Source of the DNA: Lytechinus pictus | Lineage: Eukaryota | DNA: 64,000 bases | Direction of reading: 5' to 3' | Assembly (NCBI RefSeq): GCF_037042905.1 | Contig: NC_087260.1 | Coordinates: 27,714,001-27,778,000, forward strand | In this document: positions 15,001 to 30,000 of the stretch, in pieces | Numbering within the stretch: the stretch's first letter is position 1 | How the letters are laid out: each line of letters starts with the position of its first letter | Notes under the pieces: model-generated | What the model saw: only the letters and a program-made list of their open reading frames with translations | Told to the model about the DNA's origin: nothing | Database searches by the model: none | Position numbers and translations under genes: made by a program

Positions 15001-18000
15001 ACCCTGATCTTTACTAAAATTCAAACCACACTCCTATGGAATGCTTGCTTCGTAATACTTCTTCTATTTTCTTGTAATATATTACGTATCAATTAATTCA
15101 TTCAAATAGATTATATTTTTTGTATTATCATACTCTTCCATATTCTGGACTCGATTAATTTCTTGAAAATTTTTGCAGCAGGATAAGAATAATTTTCACT
15201 GGTGAATAAGTTGACAACTAGCACTCCATAAAACTGTGGTTTATAAAAATAATAAAGTTAACCCAGGTTTAACTAAACCATGGCTATCAGAATACTACCC
15301 AGTGTGATGCAATGAGACAAACAGACAAGAACCAAACATACCTACATTTTATGAAAATACATTATATTAATGTCAAACTGTATGTATGCAGATATGAGAC
15401 AAACAGACAAGAACAAAACATACCTACATTCTATGAAAATATATTATATTAATGTCAAACTGTATGTATGCAGATATGAGACAAACAGACAAGAACAAAA
15501 CATACCTACATTCTATGAAAATACATTATATTAATGTCAAACTGTATGTATGCAGACATGAGACAATTAGATACATTGATACAAAGAGACACAAACCCAC
15601 CTGATGATTCTGTATGGAGATGCTACCAGGAAGGGGCAGTAGGGACGGCGGGCAGGGTAGGATGTCCAACGGTGACCCAGGCACGCTGTAGTTCTTGCTC
15701 TCACCTAGGTTGATCCACACCAGGGCACTGGGACAGCGCAGCGTGACCGCCTGAAGAATGCAGCTAAGACCTAGGATGATGGAGTGATGCTGGGGACAGC
15801 TGCGGAACTCGGCCAGGATGCTGGCTAGGGCATGCTGGGAATGGGACGGAGGGTTGGATGGCATCTGGGCGCTGATGATCAGAAGGGGTAATATAAAACA
15901 GTATTAAGGGACAGTGGTTTTCCATTTTATGAAAATAGTCTTCTGTTTCTGAAAACCTGTAATACCGTTTTAAAATTGATCTGAAATGGTAATTCCATTT
16001 AAACATAGAAAATGAATAAAGCTAATACATGGATTCCATTTTTCACATGAAAGAACCCAAAAACGGATTGTCCATCGTGATTTATCTGCAAACAGAAAAT
16101 CAATGTCCCTATTAAGACATTCACTCATCTTATAATTTTTGTATAACATTCTTTCATGGCATTCATGACATTGATTTCATATCTAAATATAAAACTTTAA
16201 CATTGAGAAACAAACTTTATCACTTAGGATATTAAAGCAGAGATGAATTATTAAAACCAATGCTACATCATTACATAGCCCTGAAAATGATGTTGCTGAA
16301 GCATAAAGAAAATCAACATCAAAACCAAGAATATGTACGGTATGGATAATGCTATAACTTTATTCAAGATTTACCATAATATATGTTTAAGCTCTGAGTA
16401 AATTGATATTTCTTCCCTCTACATTATGCCAATACTTGAGGAATTAAAGAAGCAATGGTTATCGGGTAATATTTTTTTTGTAGAACAGACGTTTGTCTCC
16501 CTCAGCAGTGATATACAATACGTCAATTTAAAGGACTTACTTGCTAGATGTATTGAGATGTGGTGAATGGGGTCTAGATTCAGAGCACATGGATGTTAGA
16601 CGCCGAGCACAGACGTAGGCAAGACGACGGGAGAGCAGCTGACTCTTCAGAAACTCCTCCAAATACTAAAGAAAAAGACACATGAATACCATGGATGATA
16701 CATTTGAATATTCAATTCAATTAATGCAATTTATTTATTTATTTTCATAGTAATCACTATGATGCATTCAACACCGACAACCCAATATTACTACACAGAT
16801 GGGAATGTATATCCCATTTCATGATTTAGACTAACTGAAAATGACTATCAACTAAAAGATTTTGATTTTTTGTTTCAAGCATTAATCATTTTGGAAGTTT
16901 TTAAAATTAGTTTTAAAATGTGTTGTACCCCATCTCAGTAACGTAAGTATTATCCTTTTTTACTTGAACACTTAATCTACCAATTTAATGATTGCATATA
17001 CATCAGAGAGCTACAAAGAGACATTTCAGGAGGGGGAGGGGTGGAAATATCGGAAGGGAGGGGTGGGCATCAGAGAGTGCTATAAAGTGTACATGTATGT
17101 CATCATTGGCACCAGGAGGGGGAAAGGAGGAGGAAGGAGAGAGAGGGTGGGAGGGATGTAGAATCTCTTACCTGGACGACAAACGGTAGTAAGAATCTGA
17201 AAGTACTGTCATCATTAGTGTTAACCTTCTCCAAAGTGTCAACAAGCCAGGAGAGATAGTCATGGCATTCCAACATCCCTTCCTAAAAAACAACAAAATA
17301 AAAAGAAAATAAATTCTCAAGCTACTACACCAAAATACCTAATTAGAGGACGTCATACAGAGACATAAATAATTACAATCATTAATCAGGCCCAATGCTA
17401 ATATATTTTCACATCATTATGGTAAACTGCTGATGTGGGAAAATCAAAAAAACATAAATGGAGCTTTCAAGTTCTTTTCATATTTTAAGGAAAAATATTG
17501 GAGTTAGACAAATCTACTAGAGAGGATAACTTTCTCAGAAACCTTCATATCCAAGCTACATGTATGACCCAAAACAAGAGAGATATCTTATGCCAAAAAT
17601 GTGTGTGTTGTCACATTCATATAATTCATGTGTGAAGTGCATGTGTCTCTCAAAAAGACCAGAGTAAATTTTTAAATTATTTTCTGATTCCAAAATGTTA
17701 TAAAATGCACTTATATTTGGTGGTCTCAAACAAAATGATTAGAAATTGTGGGATTTTTTTTTTACATGTAGAGCCTATATCCACCACCTTCACATAGCAT
17801 GCTTTCACATATTATACATCATTAATGAAAGAGCCTCATTTAACATGTATTTGATTTTAGGTGTCTCATTATCGTTTCACCACTTTACATGGATGGTGCA
17901 AACTGCAAAGAGGGCGGAGGGGGGCAAGGTCTATTTCTGACAAATTTAAAATGGCAAAGGATGAAATTAACGAGTGGAAATTTTCTAACTAAAATTGAAA

Positions 18001-21000
18001 AAATTGAAAAAATATACTGGTGTACATGTACACGCACAGCACATGTAAACATGGCATTCTAAAAAAAAAAAAAAAAAAACTTAAATAAAACTACTTTGTA
18101 CTGTGGAGCGTTGTGGCCCAGTGGATTAGTCTTCGGACTTTGAAACAGAGGGTCGTGGGTTCGAATCCCAGCCATGGCGTAATTTCCTTCAGCAAAAAAC
18201 TGATCCACAGTGTGCTGCACTCAACCCAGGTGAGGTGAATGGGTACCGGTAGGAAGTAATTCCTTAAAAAGCTGTGTGCGCTATGAACGCCTAGCTTAGC
18301 CGGGTAATATAGGAGCGCCTTGAGCACCTAACAAGGTGGATATGTGCGCAATATAAATACCCTATATTATTATTATTATTAAATGTACCACCTCTACCCA
18401 TCCAACAACATGCTATAGTAAGATGAAGAAAAAACTTTGGCTAAACCAAATACTATCCATCCACATGTACATGTATCTGGCCAAGTACATGTATGCCAAA
18501 ACCAAATTTATCTGGTTTTCTTTTATTCCTTGAAATCCTTGAAAACCTCATTTCATGTAGCCAAATACAATTACAATATACCACATTTTTTTTTCTTTTT
18601 ATGATTATTATTTGTGCCATTCTGTATCTCATTTACATACAAAGAGAATGCTATATCTTATTTCAATTTCCCCATCAAGCTTGTCTTGGCTTGAATATAT
18701 CCTAAAAAACCTATCTCTTCCAATATATATGACCGTACCCTCACCTACATGTAAGTTATTTGTATGAAATATAATTACGATTTCCTATTGGATTGTATAT
18801 TCTAGTATTTTACTACTTTTGTACAGTACCAATATTGAATAAAATTATCCACAAATCAATAATTTGCATTCAAGTTACATGTAGATCATATTCTTTGTTG
18901 CTTACTAGCATATTTTCCTTAGGTGAATTTGCATCATTCGTACTTCCTCTTATCTATCCTTTTTTTTATATTCCTCTTTGAAATTTGAGTACGAAGTCTG
19001 TAATAATTGTATGTATCATTATTACTTATGATCGTCAAATATCTTAGAATAAACAATTTTTCCCATGATGTTTTAAATATTTTAACAAGCCATATGAACA
19101 AGTGCTATGCTTATATAATGCCTTTATAATGATGACATCTGGGCCCTGTCTTACATAGAGTTGCGATTGATCTGATCAACCTCAACTATGGAAAGCCAGC
19201 AACACCCTCAATTAAAATGCATGTCTGTTCAAAATATTTTCTAGATATGATGTATATTACATAAAATCATTGTTTACTTGAAAATGTTGTGTGTTTGCCT
19301 TTGTTTACAAAGGACATTTTGTAAATTTCTTGTAGAAAGAATCATGACACTCCTGGATTTCCATAGAGTTACAATCGATTGGATCAATTGTAACTCTTTG
19401 TAAGACGGGGCCCTGTAGCCTTTGATATCATACCTGATAGAGATATCTGGCCAACTCTGTCGTGTACTGCCACAGCTTGACACACTTCTCCAGCTCGATA
19501 GTACTCCCTCCCATAGAGCCAGATCCCATCCCCATGGAGCCCATCCCGCCCCCAAGCAAGGAGGAGCCTGACGAAGACGACTGCTTGGCGTTCGACGCCG
19601 CCGCCTGCTGTGCAGAGACGAGGGAGGCAGTGTTGTTGTACTCTACGATCTTGTCGAGCTGGCTCTTCAAGAACTTGGTGATGATCAGACACCAGTCTAA
19701 AATGGAAGAAAAACATAAGAATTTACAGATATGTATGAAGGGGTGGGGGGCATGTCTGCACACCTAACAATTTAATTTTAAAATATTCATTTATTTTTTA
19801 TTTCACAAAAAATCAAAGATAATGTTCCTTATATTCTTATGAGTAAGTGCCAAATATCTCATAAAATTTTGAGAGAAATATATTATTTTCTTGGAAAAAC
19901 CTTCGGCCAATCATTTTCAGATTGAACAAAAAGATGGTGCCCATGTCTATGCACCCACTGACTTTACACACTATTTGGGGATTTTGATGAGAAAGGCTGC
20001 ATTTTGCGGCCGTCACATGAAATGCCCGAAATTCATTGTTTTCCTACCATTGAGTCAGACTTTTTAATGCATATTTTTCTATGTATTGCATGTGAAAAGT
20101 TTGTGATCGTCGCGTATCCTTCCTTATTAGAATAGTGCAGATACACGTGTGCGCAGACAAGGGGTACTGCACAGACTTAGGGGACCTTACCGTACATGTA
20201 TTCAGCAATACATAGAACTGTTCCAATAAAACTAGTTGCTACTGCCGTCTCCGCGTCTTTATACCCCTCCTTCTCCATTCCTCCTCCTCCTCCTTCCACA
20301 CCTTTGCCTTCTTCTACTCCTCCTTCTCATCTACACCTCATTCTTTTGCACTTCCTCCTCCACCTCTCTCCTACTTCTCCTTCTCATCCTCTTCTTAACC
20401 TATTTAAAATACACCCCTCCTGATCCTTCTCTTCCCCTTCCTCCTGGTCCTTCACCAACTCTTAACTTCCCCTCTACTCCTTCCTCCCTTCCTTCTTCTC
20501 CCCTCTCCTAAACAAATGCAAAATACAAAATGCCATTCCTTGTCATCAATTAAACTGGAAAAAAAAATAACCAGACTGTTTTCCTTCAGCTAAGAAAAAG
20601 AACATTTATATGGTCCCTGTCAGTCTAAACAGGGAGTTACACTGAAGTAAAATGGGAGAGGTTATTTTCCAATACTTTAACGTCTAAATGAATGTTTGTA
20701 TGGCAATTACAGCCTTGTGGCACTGACAACCAAAATATTATCCAAGTGATGAAGAGTAATGTGGCCTACACAGACCTACACATTCCAAGGTACATGAAAA
20801 TCAATACAAAATATTACACATATGATGTTTCATACAATGGAGTCTGTTACAAAGGAAGAAGAGCTTATGAAACACAAGTTTTCTCCTATTGCTTTATAAG
20901 GTGCTTATGTATTATGTGCCCTAAAAAGTAGCCCCCAATTAAAATTAGCCCAAACTAGTTAATAATAGCCCTATAACCAAAAAGAAATTAGCCCTTTACT

Positions 21001-24000
21001 AAAATCAATAATCACATCCTATTCTGGGAAGGGGAGATCATTGTTTTTCACAAGTACAGAGTCAGATGGCACTAACATGGATGCCCTTGAACAAAGAAAC
21101 AAAACAACAACAAAAAACCACTAAAAATAGAAACAGATGGGAGTATGCAAAGCCAATACATGTATACCACATTTCAAGAGTAATCAATATACATGCTGAA
21201 AACAATACCAACATGGCCCACAGCTAACTACCAAACGGCATCACCTGAACTGTTATTTTTTAATACTACACATGTTCTGAAATATGAACCCTGCTGCCAT
21301 GCTACCTGACAGCATAAACAAACGCATTAATATGTACAGCTCATAGACAGTTTTTCTACATTTTCATACTACTAATTAGCTTCCCCTGAAATATTTTCAT
21401 CACTCATTCAGGGAAATTTTGGTCGTTAAAAAATGTGCTACAAATTAAAAAACGAACAAGAAATGTTGAAAAAGGCATGCTTGGCATTAAGATCCCACTC
21501 ATACTAAAAGGTTCTCCAACTTTATAACACAATGTTGATTTTACATGGCATGACATCATTAAAATGATCTGTTCTGGTTCTAGCATGCCCCTTTTGTACA
21601 CTGCAAGTTGACCTACCGATTCTTGGTTCAAATGCACACGTAGGCCAAATTTGACATTCAACCCTCAAATGGTTCGTCACTTGCCCCAGGAACAAGACAT
21701 TTTCAGTTATAAATGCAATGATCTCTGTGACCTGAAGAGCTATTCAGGTCATTGTTACTCGTAAATACTTTAACTAAATTTGAATTCAAACCTTTAAAAA
21801 GTTCTTTAACTGTGGCGAAAATGAAAACGGGATGGCTGGAAGGACGACCTGAATCGGAAATGCATCTGGCAACAATTATGGTAGATGTAGCCATAAAAAA
21901 ATCTGATTAAAACAAGTATTAAACAAACAAGGGATTAAAAAATGCATAAACCAAATTTGTCTGAACATACCTTGGGATGGATCATTAGGTTGTCTTTTCT
22001 TCATCTTAGTTTCTGAGATAGCAGCTTGGTTTGCAGCCATCATCTTTAGATACCATGCTGCTCTAATCATTGGCATGTTGTTCTCACACAGAGTCACAAA
22101 GATATCATCTTTACGATGGAACACTGGCACCTGAATATGAAGGCATGGTAATATTATCATAGCAAAAAACAATATCAATTATGATTATGATTATTATCTT
22201 AGCATATAGTCATCTTGCAATTAAATGTACATTACACATAACTTTTATGACATATTCAAATATCATCAAATAGATTTTCAAGTATTTAGAGTAGGCCTAC
22301 ATGTACTTTAAAACATCAATTCATTCATTCATTTCCTTATTTTTCTTTGGGGGGAGAGGGTGGATGTGTCTTACCTTCTTTGTGAGTTGATTGAGAGATT
22401 TATTCCCAGCGAGGTCATGAAACCATGATACTTGACCCTTTGATTTGTTGGCAGGTACCTGAAAATTAGAGAAGAAAAGAAGTACAAATAAAATTACAAC
22501 AAAAACAAATCATACTGTATGTACAAAAAATAAAAATGAAACACAATTTTCATTTCTTTAATTTATGAGAAAAATATCAAAGCAGTGACAATACAAATTG
22601 CTTCACTTAGAAAAAAACATTAGCATTTAATATGTGTCTTGATTATAAAATAATGTGTCAATGACTCACTGTTAATGACCATGGATTGCTCAACACCAAA
22701 AAGTCATGAAAAATATCAGGTGGCTCATACAAACATTGTAGGTTTCAACATTAGATGCAAATACTTATAAGAAAGTTATGATATGACATTTGAAGAAATT
22801 ACATACGCATGAAATGAAGCTACTAAAAATAAACATGATGATTTAAACCCAAAAATATTAATTAGGCATTTTACCCCCCCCCCCCACACACACCTTAACA
22901 ATTTGACTATACATGTAGGTCTTTGTGATCTAATTTTTCATACAGCCATGAATGTATTCCTTAAACAAATTCTTTTCTAGTAAAGTTTCATCATGTAATA
23001 TTCTCAGCTTTGTGGCCCAGTGGATTAGTCTTCTGACTTTGAAACAGAGGGTCATGGGTTCGAATCCCAGCCATGGCGTAATTTACTTCAGCAAGAAACT
23101 CATCCACATTGTGCTGCACTCAACCCAGGTGAGGTGAATGGGTACCCGGTAGGAAGAAATTCCTTGAATGCTTGAGCGCCTAGGCAGCTCAGCTAAGGCC
23201 GGGGTAATGATAATAGCAGGGCCCGCTGGTAGAACAGTTTTCGAAACTGAAGTGGCTACCCTGGGTAACCCTGGGTAAATATACCTATATTATTATATTA
23301 TTATTATAATCAATATTCACAGCCTCCCCCTTGCAAAAAAAGAGAAAAAAATCAAGAGAAAGCATTGTCTTTTGCGCTGTCTAAAGAAGCTACATGTAAC
23401 TTGATACAAGAGTGGACTCCTCTTCAAATTTTGAAGGAGAATCCAATATCTCAAGTTTAAAATGATATATTTAATTTGAAAGTGGTTCAAGTAGGTTACG
23501 AAAAGTGCACTAAAATTATCCTGGTACTCGTACTACTACATGTATGTTTTATTTAACGACAGGCAACCATGGTTCAGATACAGAAAGTATTGTATTATGT
23601 TACCCACATGAGCCCAAGTACCCGAACTTGCCATACACATTAATCCATTTACACAATTTATGACATGTAAAGAAGTGAGTTATATTGGCTTAAGGACGTT
23701 CCTCAATTATGTTTGTGCGCATTATGATCTGCGCATAGTTTACACTCTGCGCGCTGACGTCACAATGGATGAACAGGTGATTAATTAGCTGCGGGTATGA
23801 GCTGATTTTTCTCATCTTCTGCACTTTAACTACGTTATTTCATGAAGCTAAAAAATCGAATTATTCCATGGACCATTCAAAAAAGTATTCTTTACGATTT
23901 CAAAATATTTTTCTCTGTAGTGCTGCCAAGAATCACGAATATTACCCCGAGTTTGAATAAATGGTAGAGTGGTTTTGATTTTTACTTCACATAGATACTA

Positions 24001-27000
24001 AGCATTCGGCGCATTTTTGGTGTTTTAAAATTCACATTTACTCTAATAAAAATGCTGATAGTTTAAAAACAAGCACATGAACCCCTATTTTTTAATGTTT
24101 GTACCTCTTAGGTATACCTTCCTCTACAACTCTGCAAATTTTGGTGAAAATGACATGGATTTTGAATAAAGTGCAGCATTTATTGTACGTTTGTAGTTTG
24201 TTACTGAAATTTTACATTTTTTAGATTAGGATTTTGTTATCTTTTACGCCATTTTTAAGAACTGACAGTGGTGTTAAACTTAAAATTGCGAACAAATAGC
24301 ACTATAAATAGATTCTCCATTTAACGACACAATTATCAACCCTCTTGCGAAATTTGATGACTTTTTCATGTATTTTGACTGGAGTGAGTAATAGAGGTTT
24401 AAACTCATTGTAGTAATCTTGGGCGGTCTAAAAATGCCAAATTCTTTTGAATGCGCAATTCTTAAGAACATCAATTTGGGTGAACTTTGAAGCTCTATAG
24501 CAAAAAATCAAGCACATGGACCTCTGTTAATTTTTGCATATTTCGAATATTAAGGTTCTGAAGTATCTATGTGCAAAGTTTGGTGAAAATGACATGGATT
24601 TCACTTTAACTGTGGAACGTCCTTAAAATGGTACCCCCAAAAAAAACAAAAACATAATGATTTGTGGAAATGGGACAGGACAATATAAGCTGGGTTCTAA
24701 AAGAAACTGATCAAACTTTACTAGGGTACTGCACAAATTCCACTTGGTCAAAATGAACAATATTTTTACACAGGCTAGCTTCAATAATCTTTACTACATG
24801 TAAGCACATGGTTCAATCACAGATAATATATATATATACATGCACATGTAGCCCTCACATGTATTGGTTTCAGAATCTAAAGTCACAAAATGGCAAAAGA
24901 AAGACCAATGAAATGAGATGAAATGGAATTAAACAAACTTCCAAGTTTATTACACATGTCCTTCACAGGCATGCTCAAGTGATTGGCTTGATCACAAAGT
25001 AGCTATGTACAGGAAGTTAAAAACAAAATAACTGGAACAATCGCACACCCACAGACAGATCCCAACGGGGAGGGGGAATAAAGAAAAAAATAAATGAATA
25101 AAAAAGAAACAAACAATATGAAATGAATTGAATCAATACATCAAAATTGAAGTACATAATTTGAGAATGAAGTGATAAAATGAAAGTACACAAGCAAATG
25201 AGTATCTAGCCCCTCCCCCCAGAACAAAATGCAATTAACAAACAAACAAAAGTAGAAAGAAATCCTACAAATACTCGGCTTTTCATAATACTTACAAGAA
25301 CAAAGTTGTCTTTGGATATTGGCTGCCTTTTCTTTCCTGTATCTTGAAAAGTGTTGAGTTTCTGCTTCTCTGCTACTATTGCACTAAAATACACACCAAA
25401 CTAAAAAGAAAGAAAAAAAATCAATGATAAGCACATTAATTAATCTTTAACAAATACCAGTAAACTTTTTTATGAGTTTACTGGGAACAATGAAAACACA
25501 AAACAGAAAAGACAATTGAATAGACTTTGCAATGTCTAGACTTTATGGAGAGGTAATAATGAAAATATAAAATATAAAAAAGAGAAAAGAAATAATCATC
25601 CCTAGACTTTATGGAGGAGTGATTTTTGAGCATGTACGTGTTTTAAAGAAATTCAGACATGATAGGACATTGCAAAAATGGCTATATATGAAACAGTAAT
25701 GAGAGTAATAAATTTCACTGAATTTCTTCTAGAGTGTACATAATGTACTTGAGAAAACCAGGCATTACATCGTACATTGGGTGTATTCAGACCAACTTAA
25801 TCACCAGAATACCCAATAAATTATAAAAACTTGTTCAGGCTAAAATATACAGGATAATTATTTTCTGCATTCGCATCAACCAGAAGCAGACACTTTCAGG
25901 GGTAAGTTATTGAAGTTTTAAAGCATCCACAGTATGGTCTAATTAGCATGATTCCAAATCACTAGGTATGCAGCCAAAGGAGCCAGCGACCAACTACTCG
26001 TCAAGTTGAGAAACTTCTTGTAATCTGCTTTTACACTGCAAAATTACCTGCAACCTTGGAAAAAAAAGAGGGTATTTTTCTTTCAGGAATATTAATTTAG
26101 AGTACAGGTAATTTGCTTTCACACTGCCAAAGATACCTGATATTTTCTGATCAGCAAGATCACAGTAAATTTCATGATCAGAAAATTCCTGGTATTCTCG
26201 AACTTCAGGCTGTCTGAATGTGCCTTTGTGTATAAAGGTTGCGTTCACTCACTGCTTTTTTACCCAATCTTTTCAAGGACATCTACCACAGTTGTGTCCA
26301 ATCAATTTTCTGTTGGATGTGGGAATATATGGACTTCTTCCAAATTGCAAACATGAAAGTAATGAAAAAGAGGCCGTTCTCATTACGCTTTCTAAAACTA
26401 GTTTACTGGAAACCGATTCAGGATACCACTTTGGAAGATCGCTTTGCTAGCGTTCCCACTTGATCACACGAAAGTGGTTTTCAAAATCACTTCACGTAAA
26501 GCGCTCTTGTTGCTATGGAAATGCTCTCAGTGGGGTGACACGTTTCACGCGAAATTCGAAACCGCAGCATGGGCATTCTACACCTGTCGTGTGGAGTAGC
26601 GCGCTCAAAATGTGCGAAGATCGCTTCCCGAAGAACGGTTGTGTCCTCACTTACGCTAAAACCAGTTTAACGAGGCAAAGCGATCTTGAAAACTACATCG
26701 CGAGGTAGTTTTCCAAACTGGTTTGGAAGATCGCTTCCAAGACCGCTTTGAACGTTCTCACTACGCGTTAAACTAGTTTCCAGTAAACTAGTTTTAGGAA
26801 CGTAGTGAGAACAGCCTCAAGGATACTTTGAAAAGTGGAGTGCCCCCCCCCCCCCAGGCATACACTCCAAGTTTGAGCTTTTAATAGTCAAACTCACTGA
26901 TCTGCAATGTGTTGTGGGAGGGCTTAAAACAGGGAATAAGGCATTTTAATGCTATCCAAAAATGTTTTTCATTTGTGAATGAAACCTTTGGAACAAGTGG

Positions 27001-30000
27001 GCTTGAGTGGAGACAGAAAAATCTAAATAAAGAATAAGATCAAAGAAAGTTTGAAAAAAATTGGACAAATAATGAGAAAGTTATGAGCATTTGAATATTG
27101 CGATCATTAATGCTATGGAGATCCTCCAGTTGGCAATGCGACAAAGATTTGTGATGTCAGAGGTGAACAACTTTCCCTTTGATGGACTATAAAATACCCA
27201 TAAAAAATGTCACATTTTGCTCTTTCTTATGTTGATAAAAATCTTCATCCATTATGTATTCTTTGAAAATGTGTATTACATGTCCTCATAAAGAATAAAT
27301 GATCTACTGATAGATGTAATAAAAGAGGCAGTTTACGTGAAATAGTAAAAGTAATGGGAAAGTTGTTCCCATCACACATCTTTGTCGCATTGCCAATGGG
27401 AGGATCTACATTACAGTAATGAACTAAAGTTCAAATGCTCATAACTTTCTTATTATTTATTCATTTTTTCTCAAACTTTCGTTGATCTGTTTCTTTGATT
27501 TTTCTGTTTTTGCACAAGCCATCTTGTTCCAAATGTTTCATTTTCCTTTAATTGTTTGTAGCCTAGCCTAAATTTTTTAATTGAACATACCGTAGGAGAG
27601 TTGCTCTTTTCATACTACTGCAGGATGGTTATTTTGTCATGTTCTTTAACTTGTGCTTTCTTCAGCTATATTACATTTCTGTGCCATCTAGACTTGAGTT
27701 CATTTGCATTTCTTTTCAGTACTGCCCTTGCAGTCTGAACTTAGGTTATTTGAGTTCAATTATATTCAGTTTTCATTCATCCTTCTCCACATTGGATTTT
27801 TTTCCTCTGATTCTCTATTGTCATCTTCATTCCTTCTCTATTCAGGTGTTCCACTCATTCCATCCCTGACCTGACTCCTTAGTTTCTAATTCCATTATTA
27901 CATAATCACCCAAACATCTTTCATCACCTTCGCCTTATTCCTCATTGGTTTATATTATGAATTGGATTACTACATTTCAGTTGGGTTCTTCTATTTTTAA
28001 TTTCATTATTTAGCTTTAAGTTGATTTAAATAATGTTATATTATGGTAGCAAAAATGTTGATGTGGGCCGAGGAAGACCAAAGGTATAAATATAGAGAGC
28101 ATTTTAATAAATGCATGAGACACTCACAGATACAACACTACAGATCCAGTCTCTTCGTTTAGTTATTCTCTGTCTTCTGTTCCTGATGTTATGTTTGCTG
28201 TTAAGTTCCTGTTATGCTGAACATTGTTTTAAAACTGATTATTTCATTCTCATCAAGTAGGTGTTTAGTTTTAAACCCTACACTACTAAAGAGTACAAAA
28301 TACATAGGGGTAGGGGCTTAGGGCAATTTGAAGTTTGCCACCCCCCCCCCCCTTGTCTGAATACTAGTATGCTAAGCAAAAATTTTAAACCAACAACACT
28401 TATACAGAATTTTCCAAGAAAATTCAATTGCTACTGGCTGTATAATAGTCACTCATTTTTATTTATCAGCAAGCACCACACACCATACGGTAAAAGGGTT
28501 TATTTCTCAAATCAAAGGATCCATCATTGGGTTTATTTCTGTTTGGTACAGTCCCGTCTGGTCGGATACACAAATCATCCAGTATCTGGTCTATTTACCA
28601 TATTGTCCACTCACTGTTTCGTTCAATAACCATTTGGGCTAATAACCACTTCTTCTATTCAATTTGATCTATTAGCCGTCTGGTCTACTACTATTTCGTC
28701 CAACAGACATTTATACCTTGGTCACATTTGCTCTACGGCGGCCGTACGGCGAGTCGAAAACAGCCGTTTTAACATTGTTTGTACCAACTACATATAGGTG
28801 GTTTGAATTAAAATTAATAAAACGGCTGTTTTCTACTCGCCGTACGGCCGCCGTAGAGCAAATGTGACCAAGGTATTAGTCTAATAGCGAGTGGTCAAAT
28901 TGCAAATTGGTTAATTCTAATTTGGCCTGTAACCAATTTGTCCAACAAAAACTTGGTCCATCAATCATTTTGCCCTTATATTATCAGAATAGTCTTTAAT
29001 GTCTGGGCCCCATTTCATCCAGGATTGGTCCAATTACCACTCAGTTTATTATCATTCAGTCCAATCAATCATCAAGAGACCAAATTACCATTTGGTCTAA
29101 TAAGCAATCAGGAAAAAAATATCAAATTTTTATTTTCACAAATTACTGCCTTAATCTGCAACATTGGATAAGCTTTAACATTGAAATGAATGGGGATTTT
29201 CCAGGGATCCTTTTTTAGTTTCTAGGGTTGTTTTGAACATTTCAGGATCCCCCACTGGGTGATTGAGTTGTATCCTCATTATGGCAAATGTCATATGCCT
29301 GAATACATGTATAGTATTAGTAAACCAAACAACTACATGTATCAGACTATGCTGCTATTGGATGTTTTACTGTATTTGAAATTTTTATGACACCAATTGA
29401 AAATTAGACTAAATTTTATTAGACCAATTGAACATTAGACTAAATGATTAATGGACAAACGAGCACCGAATGATCAGTGGACAAAATGGGTTTAGACGTA
29501 TATGTAATGGCTATTAAAGAGACAAAGTCTTGTTACATTGTAGCTGAAATTCGACCAACACAGGATAATGGACAAGGTGGACAAAGTGGTATGTGGACCA
29601 AATGGAGACACATAAAAAAGTTAACTCAAGAAATGATTGAAGACTATAATCATTGGACGAAATGGTCAACAGAGAAAATGACAATTGGACCATTTGATCA
29701 TTTGATGAATCGGTTAAACAAATTACTAAAAGACCAATGTTAGATGATGTGGGAATTGGACCTGATGGTGTTGGACCAATTTGCAATTTACCTTTGTAAG
29801 TAGGGCCTACAAACATGGACATTTTTTTTTTCTGTCTTCAGATCTTCATGCAAATTACATACCCTAATATATTCTATCATATTGTTCTGGCAATCTATAC
29901 TCTCCAATTCACAAAGTAAAATATTTACAACATGTAAACATGTTCAACTTTGTTTACTTTTTATCAGAGTTTGCAAATACATGTAGAGAGAAATTAATTG

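Noticed and set aside
25900-26350. Protein-like fragments in MED12 intron 3 (ORF 25994-26248)
   Set aside because: Interrupted by stops with no recognisable domain; possibly a decayed element. A BLASTX search would be needed.
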